From Eledone cirrhosa (lineage: Eukaryota): 64,000 nucleotides of DNA. The stretch lies in assembly GCA_964016885.1 (NCBI GenBank), contig OZ024740.1, forward strand, positions 244,900,001 through 244,964,000, in the 5' to 3' direction. Within the stretch, counting starts at the first letter, position 1. Each line of letters begins with the position of its first letter. This document shows positions 1-12,479 of the stretch, one piece after another. The notes beneath the pieces were generated by a model, which was not told the origin of the DNA, searched no databases, and saw nothing but the letters and a program-made list of their open reading frames with translations. Both the position numbers and the translations under genes were made by a program.

Positions 1-613
1 GAGGTCTACGATGCAAGTGAAGAAGTTCAAGTTATGCGAGACCGTATTCACCAGTATTGGAAGGGAGAAGGCTGAATTAAGTGCAAGAATTGCAGGAGCT
101 GGTTCTGTAATGTACAATCTTCAACATTCGGTAAAAGCCAAACTCGCTAGCTTCAATTCGGTATTCGTGCCAAGGAAAGAATACGACCGCGAATACGAGC
201 AGCCAAAATAGGGTTCCTCCAAAGGGTTCCTCCAAAGGTTCTATGGAGTAACGTTACTCGATAGCGTGCATAACCCGGAGCTCAGAGTGTCCCTCCAGGT
301 AGAGCCGTTACTCCGTCGAATTGAGAAATCACAGCTCCGATACTTCGAACATGTGGTTTTAATGTCTCAGGAAAGAATCACTGGACACATTTTACGGTCA
401 AAACCAACTGGCAAGTGACACAGAGGTAGACCCCGAGCAAGAGGGTTGGATAACATACATGAGATCGGCAGCTCTCACTTGAAGCTCCTGCCAGACCAAT
501 TGTAGATCTGTGTAGCACAATTGTAGTGTGCTTGAGAAAGAAGAAGAAGAAGAAGAAGAAGAAGAAGAAGAAGAAGAAAAAGAAGAAGAAGAAGAAGAAG
601 AAGAAGAAGAAGA
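1..613 (+). mobile_element. Degenerate 3' fragment of an RTE-clade LINE followed by a (GAA)n tract (538-613)
   Basis: Nucleotide and peptide similarity to the copy at 12480-13125 (KFK...VFTS...AELSARIAGAG; ccagaggtagaccccgagcaaga); frameshifted. Confidence 0.8.
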
Positions 614-625
614 CATACATGTATA

Positions 626-682
<57 letters not shown>

Positions 683-691
<9 letters not shown>

Positions 692-770
692 AACAAAAGA
701 TGGTTAAAAGAGTTCCATGTATTTTATAAAATACATGGAACTCTTTTAACCATCTTTTGTTCTTATATAT
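683..770. repeat. Perfect 88-bp palindrome starting in a (TA)n tract
   Basis: aagaacaaaagatggttaaaagagttccatgtatttta|taaaatacatggaactcttttaaccatcttttgttctt, centre 726/727. Confidence 0.95.
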
Positions 771-856
771 TATGTATACTCCAGTCCTACAAACTGTAGA
801 GTGCTTCTTATCCGATATCTGCATTGCTTTATTGTACTACAATAAAACTCACCTCC

Positions 857-921
<65 letters not shown>

Positions 922-1058
922 GTGAGGTTTTTTTTACAAATTGAAAAATAACCGAGGTGTCCTACACGAGTGAAAGTATAAAGAAAAAGAGATGAAATCG
1001 AAAATGCAACTAGAGTCTTATTTTTTTTTTAAATATATATATTTATTTGGTTCCTTTA

Positions 1059-1068
1059 CCGATTTCGC

Positions 1069-1116
<48 letters not shown>

Positions 1117-1196
1117 ATCTGCGAAATCGGTGCGAAATCGGTGCGAAATCCGTGCGAAATCCGTGCTGTTTGCTCTGATCAGAGCAAACAGCACGG
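1059..1196. repeat. Inverted repeat around (TA)n, four 11-bp tandem units and a perfect 36-bp palindrome
   Basis: accgatttcgcaga-(TA)n-tctgcgaaatcggt; (gcgaaatcsgt)x4; ccgtgctgtttgctctgatcagagcaaacagcacgg at 1161-1196. Confidence 0.9.
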
Positions 1197-1378
1197 ACAC
1201 TCTATCTCAAAATTATTTTTGAAAAGCATTTAGAAATGCGCAACCGGTAAAAACTTAAAAACTTAAAACCACAACTGAATACTAACCCATACAATCACTA
1301 ATACTCTTTTATTCCTAATTAAACCATTTTTCAACTGTGAACAATTTGTCAGCATTTTCTATTCCGTTTACCAATATA
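1182..1378 (+). mobile_element. Short interspersed repeat, probable PLE pseudo-LTR fragment; second copy at 49921-50102
   Basis: Shared ctctatctcaaaattatttttgaa...gcgcaaccggtaa...gaacaatttgtcagcattttct...tttaccaatata; both copies are close to (TA)n. Confidence 0.7.
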
Positions 1379-1398
1379 TAATAACTTGTGTGTTACAC

Positions 1399-1461
<63 letters not shown>

Positions 1462-1467
<6 letters not shown>

Positions 1468-1802
1468 ATATTAACAAATGGAAACTATATTTATAAAACC
1501 ATATTTATTTCATATTTCAAGGACACCAAAGCAAATTATGGTGCCCTTTCATCAGATAAAATATAATATCGATCAGTTTTATAAACAAATATTGACATAC
1601 CCATAAAGAATGCGACCATGTTTATCCGGGAACTTCCAGCCGACATGGTCGCATTCTTTAAGGGTATGTCAATATTTGTTTATAAAACTGATCGATAATA
1701 TATTTTATCTGATGAAAGGGCACCATAATTTGCTTTGGTGTCCTTGAAATATGAAATAAATATGGTTTTAGAAATATAGTTTCCATTTGTTAATATATTG
1801 TA
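1462..1802. repeat. Long inverted repeat (about 160-bp arms, about 20-nt spacer), probable inverted PLE pseudo-LTR pair
   Basis: Arms near-identical; each has CTGATGA-aagggcacca/tggtgtcctt stem-GAAA (plus strand 1709-1749) but no clear stem III or NUH. Confidence 0.85.
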
Positions 1803-1887
1803 TTTTTACTCCAATAATTTGTTGAGTGCTTTATATCAGTTATAAAAATATTTGCTTGTTGTATCTCCACAAATTAAATATAACTTA

Positions 1888-2458
1888 TACATATATATAT
1901 GTGTGCATGTATGTATATATACATACTACTGTACGTCCGTATACATATATGTATGAACGTGTACATACTTATATTTAAGTAACAGCCGTACTAAGAGTGG
2001 GAAATGAAATTTCGTTTCATTTTTTCCATTTATCGTTTTCGGTGCACCCGGCCGATTAACCCACTCGATATGCAAATTGGGCTACTCAGCCGTTAATATG
2101 CATAAGGAAAGTATATACTTTCAGACGTTCAACAATCTGGCAGGAAGGTATACGTTGCTGACGATAGCTAATAAGCTTGAAACTAGTACAGCGTTCCTTT
2201 GTCAGTGTTGAACAAACGAGCAACGATGGTTGCTAGACACTACGGCTTAATACGGGATGTTTGTTTACAAACACACCGAGTATTATAATAAATGTTCGGT
2301 GAATCCATACGTACATATATATATGTGTGCATGTATGTATATATATACATACTACTGTACGTCTGTATACATATATGTATGTACGTGTACATACTTGTAT
2401 TTAAGTAACAGCTGTACTAAGAGTGGGAAATGAAATTTCGTTTCATTTTTTCCGTTTA
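1888..2458 (+). mobile_element. Non-coding HHR element family A: about 420-bp unit in about 1.35 head-to-tail copies (retrozyme-like or non-autonomous PLE)
   Basis: About 150-bp direct repeats (1888-2033 vs 2306-2458), central HHR, ends in (TA)n; close copy at 50117-50706. Confidence 0.85.
2152..2194 (+). ncRNA. Minimal type I hammerhead ribozyme
   Basis: ACGTTG CTGACGA T-AGCT-aata-AGCT-T GAAA CTAG TA CAGCGT; palindromic stem III ACTAGT; predicted cut after GUA at 2188. Confidence 0.9.
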
Positions 2459-2547
2459 TATATATATATATATATAAGTTATTTCGGGTTCAATCAGGTG
2501 TAACCACAGTAAGTAAAGTACTCAATACATAGCAGAGTATAAATGTT

Positions 2548-2668
2548 TTAATATAGAGAACCTTCTACAGGACTAGAACTGTTTCATTCGTGAGAAATCA
2601 TCAGGAGCTTCCTGATGATTTCTCACGAATGAAACAGTTCCAGTCCTGTAGAAGCTTTTCTATATTAA
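2548..2668. repeat. About 120-bp palindrome made of two divergently oriented HHR motifs
   Basis: ttctacaggactagaactgtttcattcgtgagaaatcatcagga-gct-tcctgatgatttctcacgaatgaaacagttccagtcctgtagaa. Confidence 0.9.
2606..2656 (+). ncRNA. Type I hammerhead ribozyme
   Basis: AGCTTC CTGATGA T-TTC-tcac-GAA-T GAAA CAG-ttccagtc-CTG TA GAAGCT; predicted cut after A2650; mirror copy on the minus strand at about 2561-2606. Confidence 0.88.
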
Positions 2669-2669
2669 T

Positions 2670-3038
2670 TTTTTTTAAATTCACTGTACTCACTATGGTT
2701 ACCTTTACCGAATCGGTTTCGAGTCTCAAAAATAAATGGACAGTCCTTGCGGCCTTCCATTGAACAGATAAACTCTCGTCAGAAGGTTCTTTTTACTCGG
2801 AGAATATAAAATTCCCGAGTTCAAATTACGAACTGGCGCTATTCAAAATTGTTCCCGAGATGAGAATGAATGATGTGGAAGCAATTCTGTCCAGTGCCGT
2901 GTGTAAAGATAGAAGCAAAGGCAGGGAGGTCAGTCTGCTCCCGTTATAACTAGCAGCAGTCAGAACGACCAAATTTTTTCTCGACCAAGAGGAGATTAAT
3001 AATAATAAAGTATATATCCCTACACGCAAAAAGCGCCT
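2670..3038 (-). mobile_element. Partial unit of non-coding HHR element family B
   Basis: Homologous to 42326-43045 and 13219-13500. Confidence 0.85.
2701..2787 (-). ncRNA. Type I hammerhead ribozyme with extended stem II
   Basis: Minus strand: ACCTT CTGACGA GAGT-(about 50 nt)-ACTC GAAA CCG-att-CGG TA AAGGT. Confidence 0.9.
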
Positions 3039-3039
3039 A

Positions 3040-3501
3040 TTTTTTCTCTCTCTCTCTTACTGTTCCCCCATTCTCTCTGTTTCTCCCCCTCTGTCATGTC
3101 AGTTAACTCTTCCTCACACTTTCACTCACTCACTGTTTCTCTTCTCTTCATTTCATCCTGTACACCACGAAGGCTATTTTTCTCTCTTCTCACATGGCCA
3201 TCGCTCGTGTCGGGTCTGTTCTAAAAGCGCTCATATATTCACCTAGCTTATGCTAAACAGAATAATTTTTGAAGCTTGTTTCTTTCCCCTACGGTTAGCT
3301 ATACTCTTTGTTGTTCTCCTGTCTCACTCGCTTTACGCGTTTCAATTGTCCTAATAACTTATTTTGGTTATTATTGCACCGACGTGAGGTATATGATTTT
3401 TAATGCAATGAAATATCTATGATCGTCGGCAAATCACTGATGAGGGACTCATTGTATTACATGTTATCCATGTGCTACCTGCAGTATTTTTCTCTATATT
3501 T

Positions 3502-3505
<4 letters not shown>
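3040..3505 (+). mobile_element. Diverged copy of repeat family C (about 530-bp unit, CT-rich, CTGATGA motif)
   Basis: Homologous to 41180-41750 and 60594-61212; ends in (TA)n. Confidence 0.75.
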
Positions 3506-3541
<36 letters not shown>

Positions 3542-4896
3542 CACAGGAATTGTGGTAAGGAACCAGGTGGACCATAACGCACCAGAGTACTCAATACTCA
3601 ATACTTAGGGTAGTAGAGTGGGAAATAGGAAAAAGTATGACCCCGGCGGCAGAGCTCAAGCCGTTTCGACTGCTATTTCTGGACAAAATATTTAACGGGC
3701 TTGAAAATTGAACACTCTTGTGTATATGATTGATTAATTCCCTTAATGGCGGTACTCTTACATAGCCACAGGTTAATAACTGAAACCAATAAATAAAAGA
3801 ATACATATAATATATCAGGCCATTCATGTGCAAGATGCAATCGCGTACAAGCTGTATATGGTCAAGTGGTTGGGTATTAAACCAGCACGACACCAGACTA
3901 GCCCAAAGAAGAGAGTTGTTAGAAACCCAGCAACGCACAAACAAGACTTGTTACAAAGACGCATGAACTCGGCATAGAGTCAATGGCTCTCAAGCAACAG
4001 TTAATTGAGACAGAAATACATGGACTAATGGATAGATTTGTGCACTGTGGTGAAGTCAGAATGTATAGGAGAAAGTCACTTCGAACAAAAATCTGGTAGA
4101 TCGAACCAATTTAATCTTTGATTGGTAATCATTTGTAATACTGAATGATCTTCGTATTATCTTTGTATTTCGGGGAATTTTCCCGCCAAATACGTCAATA
4201 TTGGCCTCTGCAAGCCATGTTTTCTTTTATTGTATATTTCATTAATTTTATTCATACACAGGTGTTGGATGTTAATGTAGATGTTCGATTTAATTGTGTG
4301 TAACTTTTAAAATTAACTGATCAACTAGACAATGAAATTGACACTTTCTGAAATGTGAAATATTCGATACTTCACTAGATCGATGAATGATTGACATGCT
4401 AAAATTTTTGTAATGGTGATAACAATCCTAAAGTAAAAGAACTGTATCTCGTGCCCGACTTGGGGATACAAAAGATGATAACGATAATTGCAATGAAGTA
4501 AATATCTACATAGGTGATTCTGCTGGAAACCGCTAGACGGCGCTAGCCGTCAGCTTTTCAATATTCATGGCTAGAAGGCTTTCCAAATATTTATTATTAA
4601 GCATACCGTATATCATTAGATATACGAAATTGTACTTCAAACTAAGCCGGCTTACAGCTCCATATGCAAATGAGGCTAATCAGCTCATCTACAAAGGCGA
4701 AAAATCTATATATTTTCGCCTGCATCAAGTTCCAGCAAAGAGCAGGGGAAACACTGTCCTGATAACAGCCAGAGCCAGAAATATGCATTAACAGTTGTCC
4801 CCCGCTGCTCCTGCTGGAATCCGCTAAACGGCGCGAGCCGTCAGCTTTTTAGTATTCACATACTTGTATAACTATGTCGAAACGGAAATGTTAATT

Positions 4897-4911
4897 GTGT
4901 GCGTGCGTACG

Positions 4912-4983
<72 letters not shown>

Positions 4984-4987
4984 TGTG

Positions 4988-5029
<42 letters not shown>
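4897..5029. repeat. (GCGT)n tetranucleotide microsatellite
   Basis: Direct reading. Confidence 0.98.
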
Positions 5030-5030
<1 letters not shown>

Positions 5031-8000
5031 CGATATTCTCGTATATATTGCGTATTCTTGTATGTAATAATGTATTCTTTGGATAATACATTATTTTGGG
5101 TAATGTATGGGTGGTACTAACGTTAATAGAAACAAAAACAAATCTACTCAATCTCTCTATATATATTGTATAATATTCAAAGTAATGTAAATGTCAAAAA
5201 AGGCTTGTGGCACTCGGTCCCGCACGTTTGTTTCGGCAGATCGTCACCAAGCGGCTTCCATAGGCTAATATCTAATTTTCTGGTTGGCTGCTGGAATATT
5301 AAAACTTTGATTAATAATAAGATATCTATCCACTGATTTACTTTGCAGCTGATGGGTGGTTGGCAACATGCTAACTTTAGGATGGATATATTCTCCTTAT
5401 GTTGGATCTGCTTATGTTGAAATGAATGGTAGCTATGCTATTTTATAGGTTATAATCTGACGAGGGACTTTTGTGTGGGTTTTACAGTTAAGTCAACAGC
5501 GAATGGCTCTGATGTAAACAAGATTTAGTTTTATATATGCAATAAAAATAAATTATTCAGAAAATTTTGGTTGGAAAGTTTGTAATAATTGTAGAGAACA
5601 AGAACACATAAACTGGTAACAATATTGAAATTTGGATCTGTTTTGAACAGTCAAACTTACTTTTGTATCAAATTTACTCAGAATTAATTAGATTTGACTG
5701 TCTGTGGCACGTTCTTTGAACATATAACCATTCACAAAGAGCTTGATGCATTCGGGTTACAAGAAATTGCACATTATTGGTGAAGTTCGAACAGGAATGT
5801 AAGATCTGAATGGTCTGAGAGATGACCGCGTTTGAAGAGTCGCAGTATTTCACCATAATCTTGTACGAACTAAATGGAAGTTCAATTAGAGAAAGTAGAA
5901 TAAGGAGAAACATAACCTGCAGAGCGACAGGTGAGATACACTGACAAACTAATATGTCAAACTGATAGTGCCTCCTGACAAACTAATAGTGCCTTCTGCT
6001 CCTGTAGTTTATATCATGTGATAATCATAACCCACTAAGCAAAATTGTCAACACTTATAAAATTTTGATATTGCAAAATTAAAAAACAATCTGTCAGACA
6101 AAAGTTAGGGCAAGGCTTTATTTCTTTGAAGGATACTATTAAATTGTTATTAATGCGAATTACAAAGTCTATATATGCATATGCCGTAACAAGTCGATCT
6201 TAGCTCAAGATTGTGTGTTACACCAAAACATACGACAGGGTTACTGGAAATGTTATTGCTGAAGGCTGTCCTACAGATGTTCTAAATGATTTATTATAAT
6301 ATATCTAACGTATATTATAGTAGAGCATGGCAGTACACTTTCTATATTATTGCATAATAAGATTTCTATAAAATATGAAGCTAAACTGTACTTATTGATG
6401 CCGATCCAAGAGTTGTTATTATCTCATGTCAAGAGTAACCTATTTCTTAAATCTGTTTTATAAGTTCCCCAAGCCTAAGTTTTAATTGGAAATATTTGTG
6501 GCAAGTTGCTGGAATCACAGTGAGTTACAGAGAATGTAAGGAGCGCCCCACCACTTGTCTATAATTCAGAGATAATGATTCGTAGTTTATCGCTGCACTG
6601 TTAGTTCACTTGTTTTGGAGAGATTTTTACAACTTAAAAACTCAACTTGTACGTCGCGATTTACGTTGTGTGTGTGTGAATGAGGGCGTGCATGCCTGCG
6701 TGTGCTCGCGGGTGCGGTTATGTCTCTACCTCTGTTCCCTCCATCCTATGTACCTGCGCACACAAACGTTTGTCATTGAAAAGAATTTCACACATAAATT
6801 TTTTGCATAAGGCCATTGTTTATGTTCTATCGCTTTATTTCCTGCATTTTGGTTTGATAAATTGTGATCGATAAAGCTGAAATAAGGACTGGTGACGATA
6901 TGATAGATTAAAAAAAATCTTGACGGTGGTACTCCAGCATATTCACGGTTTAATGACTGAAACCAGTAAAAGAATAAAAGTAAAGTATATAAATGGTATA
7001 ATGAATTTGGGTTAGTATTATACAGAGTAAGATTCGTCCACTGCCCTTGTAGAGTCATCAAGGTAACCGCTACGTGATTCTTCGATCTGCTGAAATTAGC
7101 AACCAAATTTCCCTCGAATACCACCCTTATAAATAACTACATTGTAAACAATACCCTTATGAAATAAATGATACATTCAAAAATATACTCCGAGATAAAC
7201 TCATCACCAGCGTCAAGTATCGATGCAAAATTATTTGTTCGCTCTAATGTTACGTATGGTAAACATGAAGAGAATCCAGTTCCTTTCAAGGTGAGTGATT
7301 GGCTACAGCGGCATTAGAACTCTGAATAAAAAGAGCTGGAACAAATATCGCAATGTATTCCGTCCAAAACTCTAATGATTCCGCCAGCCCACAGCTCTAG
7401 ACTTGTACGAAAGGATTAAAAACAAAATTGACAGCGGTAGGATTTGAACTTAGAACGAAAAAATCCGAAAATAGATCAGAAGATACTTGTAATCGTAAGA
7501 CGTTGTAATACTTCTGCCAATTCGTTGCCTATTTTGTACCTGTGTTAAAAATGTGATCGGTATATCTAGGACACTTGACATGCAGCTATACAAATTCAAA
7601 TACTTTATTACTGGCAGGAAAATTAATTATAGGAAGGCCAGTTTATGTGGGGGTGGAGGAGGCTGATCAGGTAGGCTAGTTAGCATGGGTTACAATTTTG
7701 AAGGAGCTTACTCTTCTCTAGTTCTTTCCATTTGCCCTGTTATTTGTGAATATCCCATATACATGCATATACATATAGCCTATACATATTTAGCACTGAT
7801 TCATAAAGTACTTAATTTTTCTGCATTTTACATTTGACCTGGGCCTACCACCAGCTTTTCATGGGTCTGGAAATAACAGCTATATCTTCTTCAAATTACA
7901 GCATAAATACCGTCTTATAAAAAATAGTATACGTTCTAAAATGTACTCGTAGGTGTACTATACCTGAATGAAAGATGGGATTAACATGGCTGGGACAATT

Positions 8001-9601
8001 TTGAGCACATGTCTTACTACAACGGTGAGAACTGACATGCGGCTATACAGAAAACAATTATTGCATAGTGGAAGATTATTCATATGTAAATATATGCGTA
8101 GAAAGGACTATTTCGAGGTGAGCAAAGTATGTTGTTTATCTGATATATCACGTGTACACAGATCTCACATGATCACTAATTAACTTCGTGTCTTGTCATC
8201 TGAAAAAACAGGTTCTTCTATTTCTGAAATATTATCTACAATTTCTTCTTCCCTTTTATTTATTTTTTTTACGAAATGTTATTCTTATCGAAAACTTCTA
8301 TCTTGTTTGTTTTTGTTTTTTTATGTGCTACAAAATATTTCTGAAGAACAAAACAAACTTGCTTCATTGTTCGGTCGTCTCGAAATATTTCTATTGTCAA
8401 TAAAAATTGACTCATTCACTTCTTATAAAAACATTCTTCCGTCAGATGAATTAAAAATATATATTTCGCTCCTCACGAAAAAGAAAATAGTTTATTGCTC
8501 TCAGTCTGTTTCACATTCCTGTTTAAGTGTATTAAGACCGATGTGTATTGTATAAGTGTGTGCGCCTGTGTATGTGTATGTGTGCGCGTGTGTTTGTGTA
8601 TATCTGTCGATATCTATGTGAGGAAGTGTATAAATGTTTATGCGTAAATTGCCATGTTTTAGTGTCATGCCATCACATGGTCTGTGGGTGTCTTTAGCAA
8701 AGTTTACTCTATGGCAGACATTTGACAAGATATCTATCTGATGTAAAGATACATTTGTCCTTCCTTCCCACCAGCCTCAAGTATCCTGCAAAGGATCGTA
8801 GGACTAACTTTCCTCTAAACAGTATAAAACTGTGTCCAGATAATCCACTCTTACTAATATATGTTTCATTCGCTCAAATACAAAGGACATTAATGGAATA
8901 TTCCAATAATATATTGAATATTAGTGGAACATTCCAATTACATAACCCGTAAAATAAAATATATAGTTAGAGTCTCAATTTACTAGAAGTAACAACCAAA
9001 TCACCATTGCTGCGTCCACTCCTCAAAAAGTACTCACTCCTCGATAAAGGGCTATGTGACCTCAGGATCTTGGGGACTCGAATACTTCAAGAAAATTCTG
9101 AAAATTAAACATTTTGCATTCAAACGAAAATATCATGCAAGGGTATATATCCGTAGACTTTAGGACTGTTAGCATTAACAAGCAGTGTAACCTCACTATT
9201 CGTCACCCTTACATCATATTACAATTCAAAGAGTATGCGTTTGAAATCCAGTAACAGGCCATATGAAACCCTTAACACTTTCGTTGCGGTATTTCTAATG
9301 AAACGCACTCTATTTCAATTAATTAAGGGAGAATGTTAAGGGACTTATTATAATTATTAATTATTTCATTACTGTGAAATAGTTCTTGTATGAAATTATA
9401 TTGGAAGGTTTTAATTTAACTAGGAGCCCTTTTACAAGGGCTGTTTCATGTGGAAAATATGTCAATAAAGCACTACCCCCTAATGTTGCTGCTAAAATAA
9501 TATACAAGGCCAACTGTAGGAAACACTGTCCTGGAATAAATGTAGAGAATCCTTCTGTTACTGAATACACACACACACACACACGCGCGCGCGCGCACGC
9601 G

Positions 9602-9666
<65 letters not shown>

Positions 9667-11939
9667 ACACACACACACACGCGCGCGCGCGCGCGTAACA
9701 GGCGGATACACAATAAAAAGCTAAATACATATAAACGAAATTTCATCGTCTCTCCTTTCCACGCCACCGATACAGCTTAGCACCAATGACGTCACACCAC
9801 ATTTCTACAGCTGAGTAAACTGAACATACAACAACCGAATGAACACCACAACATGCCACCATCTCATCTCAGCATCTATCACACTACCATAGGAACCGCT
9901 ATACGACCACACCAATGACACACCTGGACCCTCCACTTCGGCCTCCACTGGACCACTCACCATATATATATAAATGAGGTAAATATCTCACTGAGTACTA
10001 AGTACACATTGAGATATATAGGGTGTCTATAATATAATTGTTGTTCTATGGTACTAATTAGAGATACCAGAACTATAAAAATTGATGAGCAGAACAAACA
10101 AACATTAAACAATCCTTTAAATAAATTAAAAAATAATTTAAATATCTACCTGTTCATAATGCTATTACCGGCGGTTTCCATCCACAAAAGATTGGAAATT
10201 ACATTCCCAACGGAAAGTAGATTTCATCAGATAGCTATTTCCTTTCTATAGGACATATGTCCCATGGTCCGCAAATATAATGCTAACTACCAGCTCGTAT
10301 GAGTTATAGCCGTTAAAGTGACCCATACATATATATGAAAATATAAAAATTAATGTGAGCAAGAAGCCAACAGTATTTCATAATATATAAGTGATTATAA
10401 CGTCAAAATGGGAAATAATTAACGTAAGATGTGGGAAAATAATTCAAACTCAATTCAAAAAAATCAAGACAGAGATTTTATCCACAGATTTTGTGAAATC
10501 AAGGGTAAAAACCATTAGAGTCTTAACTCAGAATAAAATAAAGTTTAAATACTCATCCTTCAATTTGGAAAAACTACAAATGCTCTATATAGTCTTAAAA
10601 AGACTATTTCACGAAACTTTTCAGTGGTGTTAGTCACGGTAGGAGTCTTCCTCAGTAGAGCTCTACACGAAAACAAAAATATGCCAAAAAGGGAATTTAA
10701 AAGCAGGCTAGTTCACCTCGTGCGGAATTATGAAAATAAACACACATGGAGAGACATGGCTGGTGACGTCAGAATGAGACGAATGTCTATTTACAAGAAA
10801 CATCAGTCAAAAACATTCCGAAAAAACTCTACAAAATGTAAGGAGTTCAGCAAAATAGCAATATTTTCGCGGTATTTTTTTTTATAAAAAAAAAAAAGAG
10901 ACCGGGATTAAGTTATATGTATGTGGGGGCTGGAATTGCATATTGAATCATATACGAAATGTTCATGTAATTAAACATTTTTTATAGCATGAAATTTTAG
11001 AAGCGGTGATTAACTAACACTGGTCTTTAACAACCATGCAGGTGAGAGCACTCTAGCGGTGTTGTTACTTGTTCTTCAGCCGTCATCGTGTTAGGCTAAC
11101 TCCTACTTGGATGCTAAGACGAAAATAAGCTAAAAGTTTATAGATTTTATGCTTATAAACATCAGCTGACGATTTGCATACAGAGCAAAAGCTGGCGACT
11201 CTAATCAATGGGAAATCAAATATCCGAAAATAGATTAAAGATGGTTATCATTTTTTCAATTTTTCTAGGGAAATTAGTATTTTCTGGCATATTTACATGC
11301 CTACATGATAAATATGTGTATATATTTATACACCTTAGTGCAGTCTCCGTTACACACTCTGTATTTATACAGATATAAATGTATCATATATATATATAAG
11401 TGCGTGTGAGTGTGTGTGCACACAAACACACACCAATATAAATATGTTTTATATTTTCTTCGTTGTGTATTTTGGGCTCATGGAATTTCAGTGACTGTGT
11501 GTGTGAAATGTGTGGGACGCATAGTGTGTATGTGTGTATGAGTAAGTGTATGTTACTGATATCTCTCAAGTGTATACACACGTGTATAGAGGGCGGAGAA
11601 AGGGACGAAAGAGGAGAAAGGCAAAGAAAGCTGATAGATGGAAAAGAATTTGAACAATTCAGAATTGCAAGTATGTCGTAGCACTAAGCCGTTCACACTG
11701 CCAGCCTGACTGAGAGGCAGAGAGAGGTGGGGGAAGACCGACAGTTCCGTTTGATTATATACACTAACATTTTCTTTATTCAGTCCTTCTTCCAAGCAAA
11801 TACATGTGTTGCTTTATTAAAACATATTAATACACGTGTACTTTTATAACGGATTAACACACAGCTTGAGAGCACAGTAAAGACAAAAATGACTGAAATA
11901 CTAGGCAAGCTAGGGTGGCCAATAAATGACACCATTATG

Positions 11940-12152
11940 TAGATTGGCAGTATCAGTAGAGCGTCAGACACCATGCTTTGCAGCATAGAGTTACGGCCCT
12001 TTATAATCTAAGTTCAAATCCCGCCGAGGTTAACTTTGCCTTCCATCCTTACGGGGTCGATAAAATAAAGTACCAGTCACACACTGGGGCCGATTTAATC
12101 GACTTTCCCTTCCCCCAAAATTGCTGGCCTTGTGCCTATATAAGAAACCATT
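11940..12152 (+). mobile_element. tRNA-type SINE with Nin/Deu-like central domain
   Basis: attggcagtatc...gttcaaatcccgccgaggttaactttgccttccatccttacggggtcgataaaataaagtaccag; same family as 29502-29696. Confidence 0.8.
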
Positions 12153-12479
12153 ATTTAGACCAGTCATGGGCAACCTGCGGCCCGCGAAGCTGTCTGAATG
12201 GCTCGCCTAAGTCACCTAAGTGAAATCTTTCTGATTTTTTTACCCAAACTTTTCAGTCGTAATTTATCTTGCTATCATTTTTACAATCGAGGAAAACAAC
12301 GTGTATGAATTCTGAAGAAACAAATGAAAACAACCTGAATTACCGCCGTTTTTGTTTTTTTTAAGTGGGCACGAATATAAATTAGCGCTTGCGGCTCGCC
12401 TGATGATGAGCCATATCTCATGCGGTCTGCGTCTCGAAAAATTGCCGAAAATTGAGACACTCGTCCTCTTAAGGAAGCC

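Noticed and set aside
1121-1165. Short regularly repeated units suggesting a CRISPR array
   Set aside because: 11-bp tandem repeat with no spacers, no cas genes, eukaryotic context
1701-1760. Complete hammerhead call for CTGATGA-stem-GAAA
   Set aside because: No convincing stem III or NUH triplet; kept only as a partial motif
3640-3700. GAAAC plus stem on the minus strand suggesting a hammerhead
   Set aside because: No CUGANGA strand upstream
5661-5916. Possible minus-strand exon (ctgcag acceptor, gtaagt donor; MFLLILLSLIELPF peptide)
   Set aside because: All three frames hit a stop before the strong donor, the peptide has no recognisable homology, and no partner exons were found
10583-10629. 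Minus-strand hammerhead-like motif with a 7-bp stem III
   Set aside because: Core CTGAAAA breaks the 3-8 pair, stem II is absent and stem I is mismatched; at best a decayed copy
12160-12200. hAT-like TIR start cagtcatgggcaacctgcggcccgcg
   Set aside because: No matching second end found, so no element could be delimited
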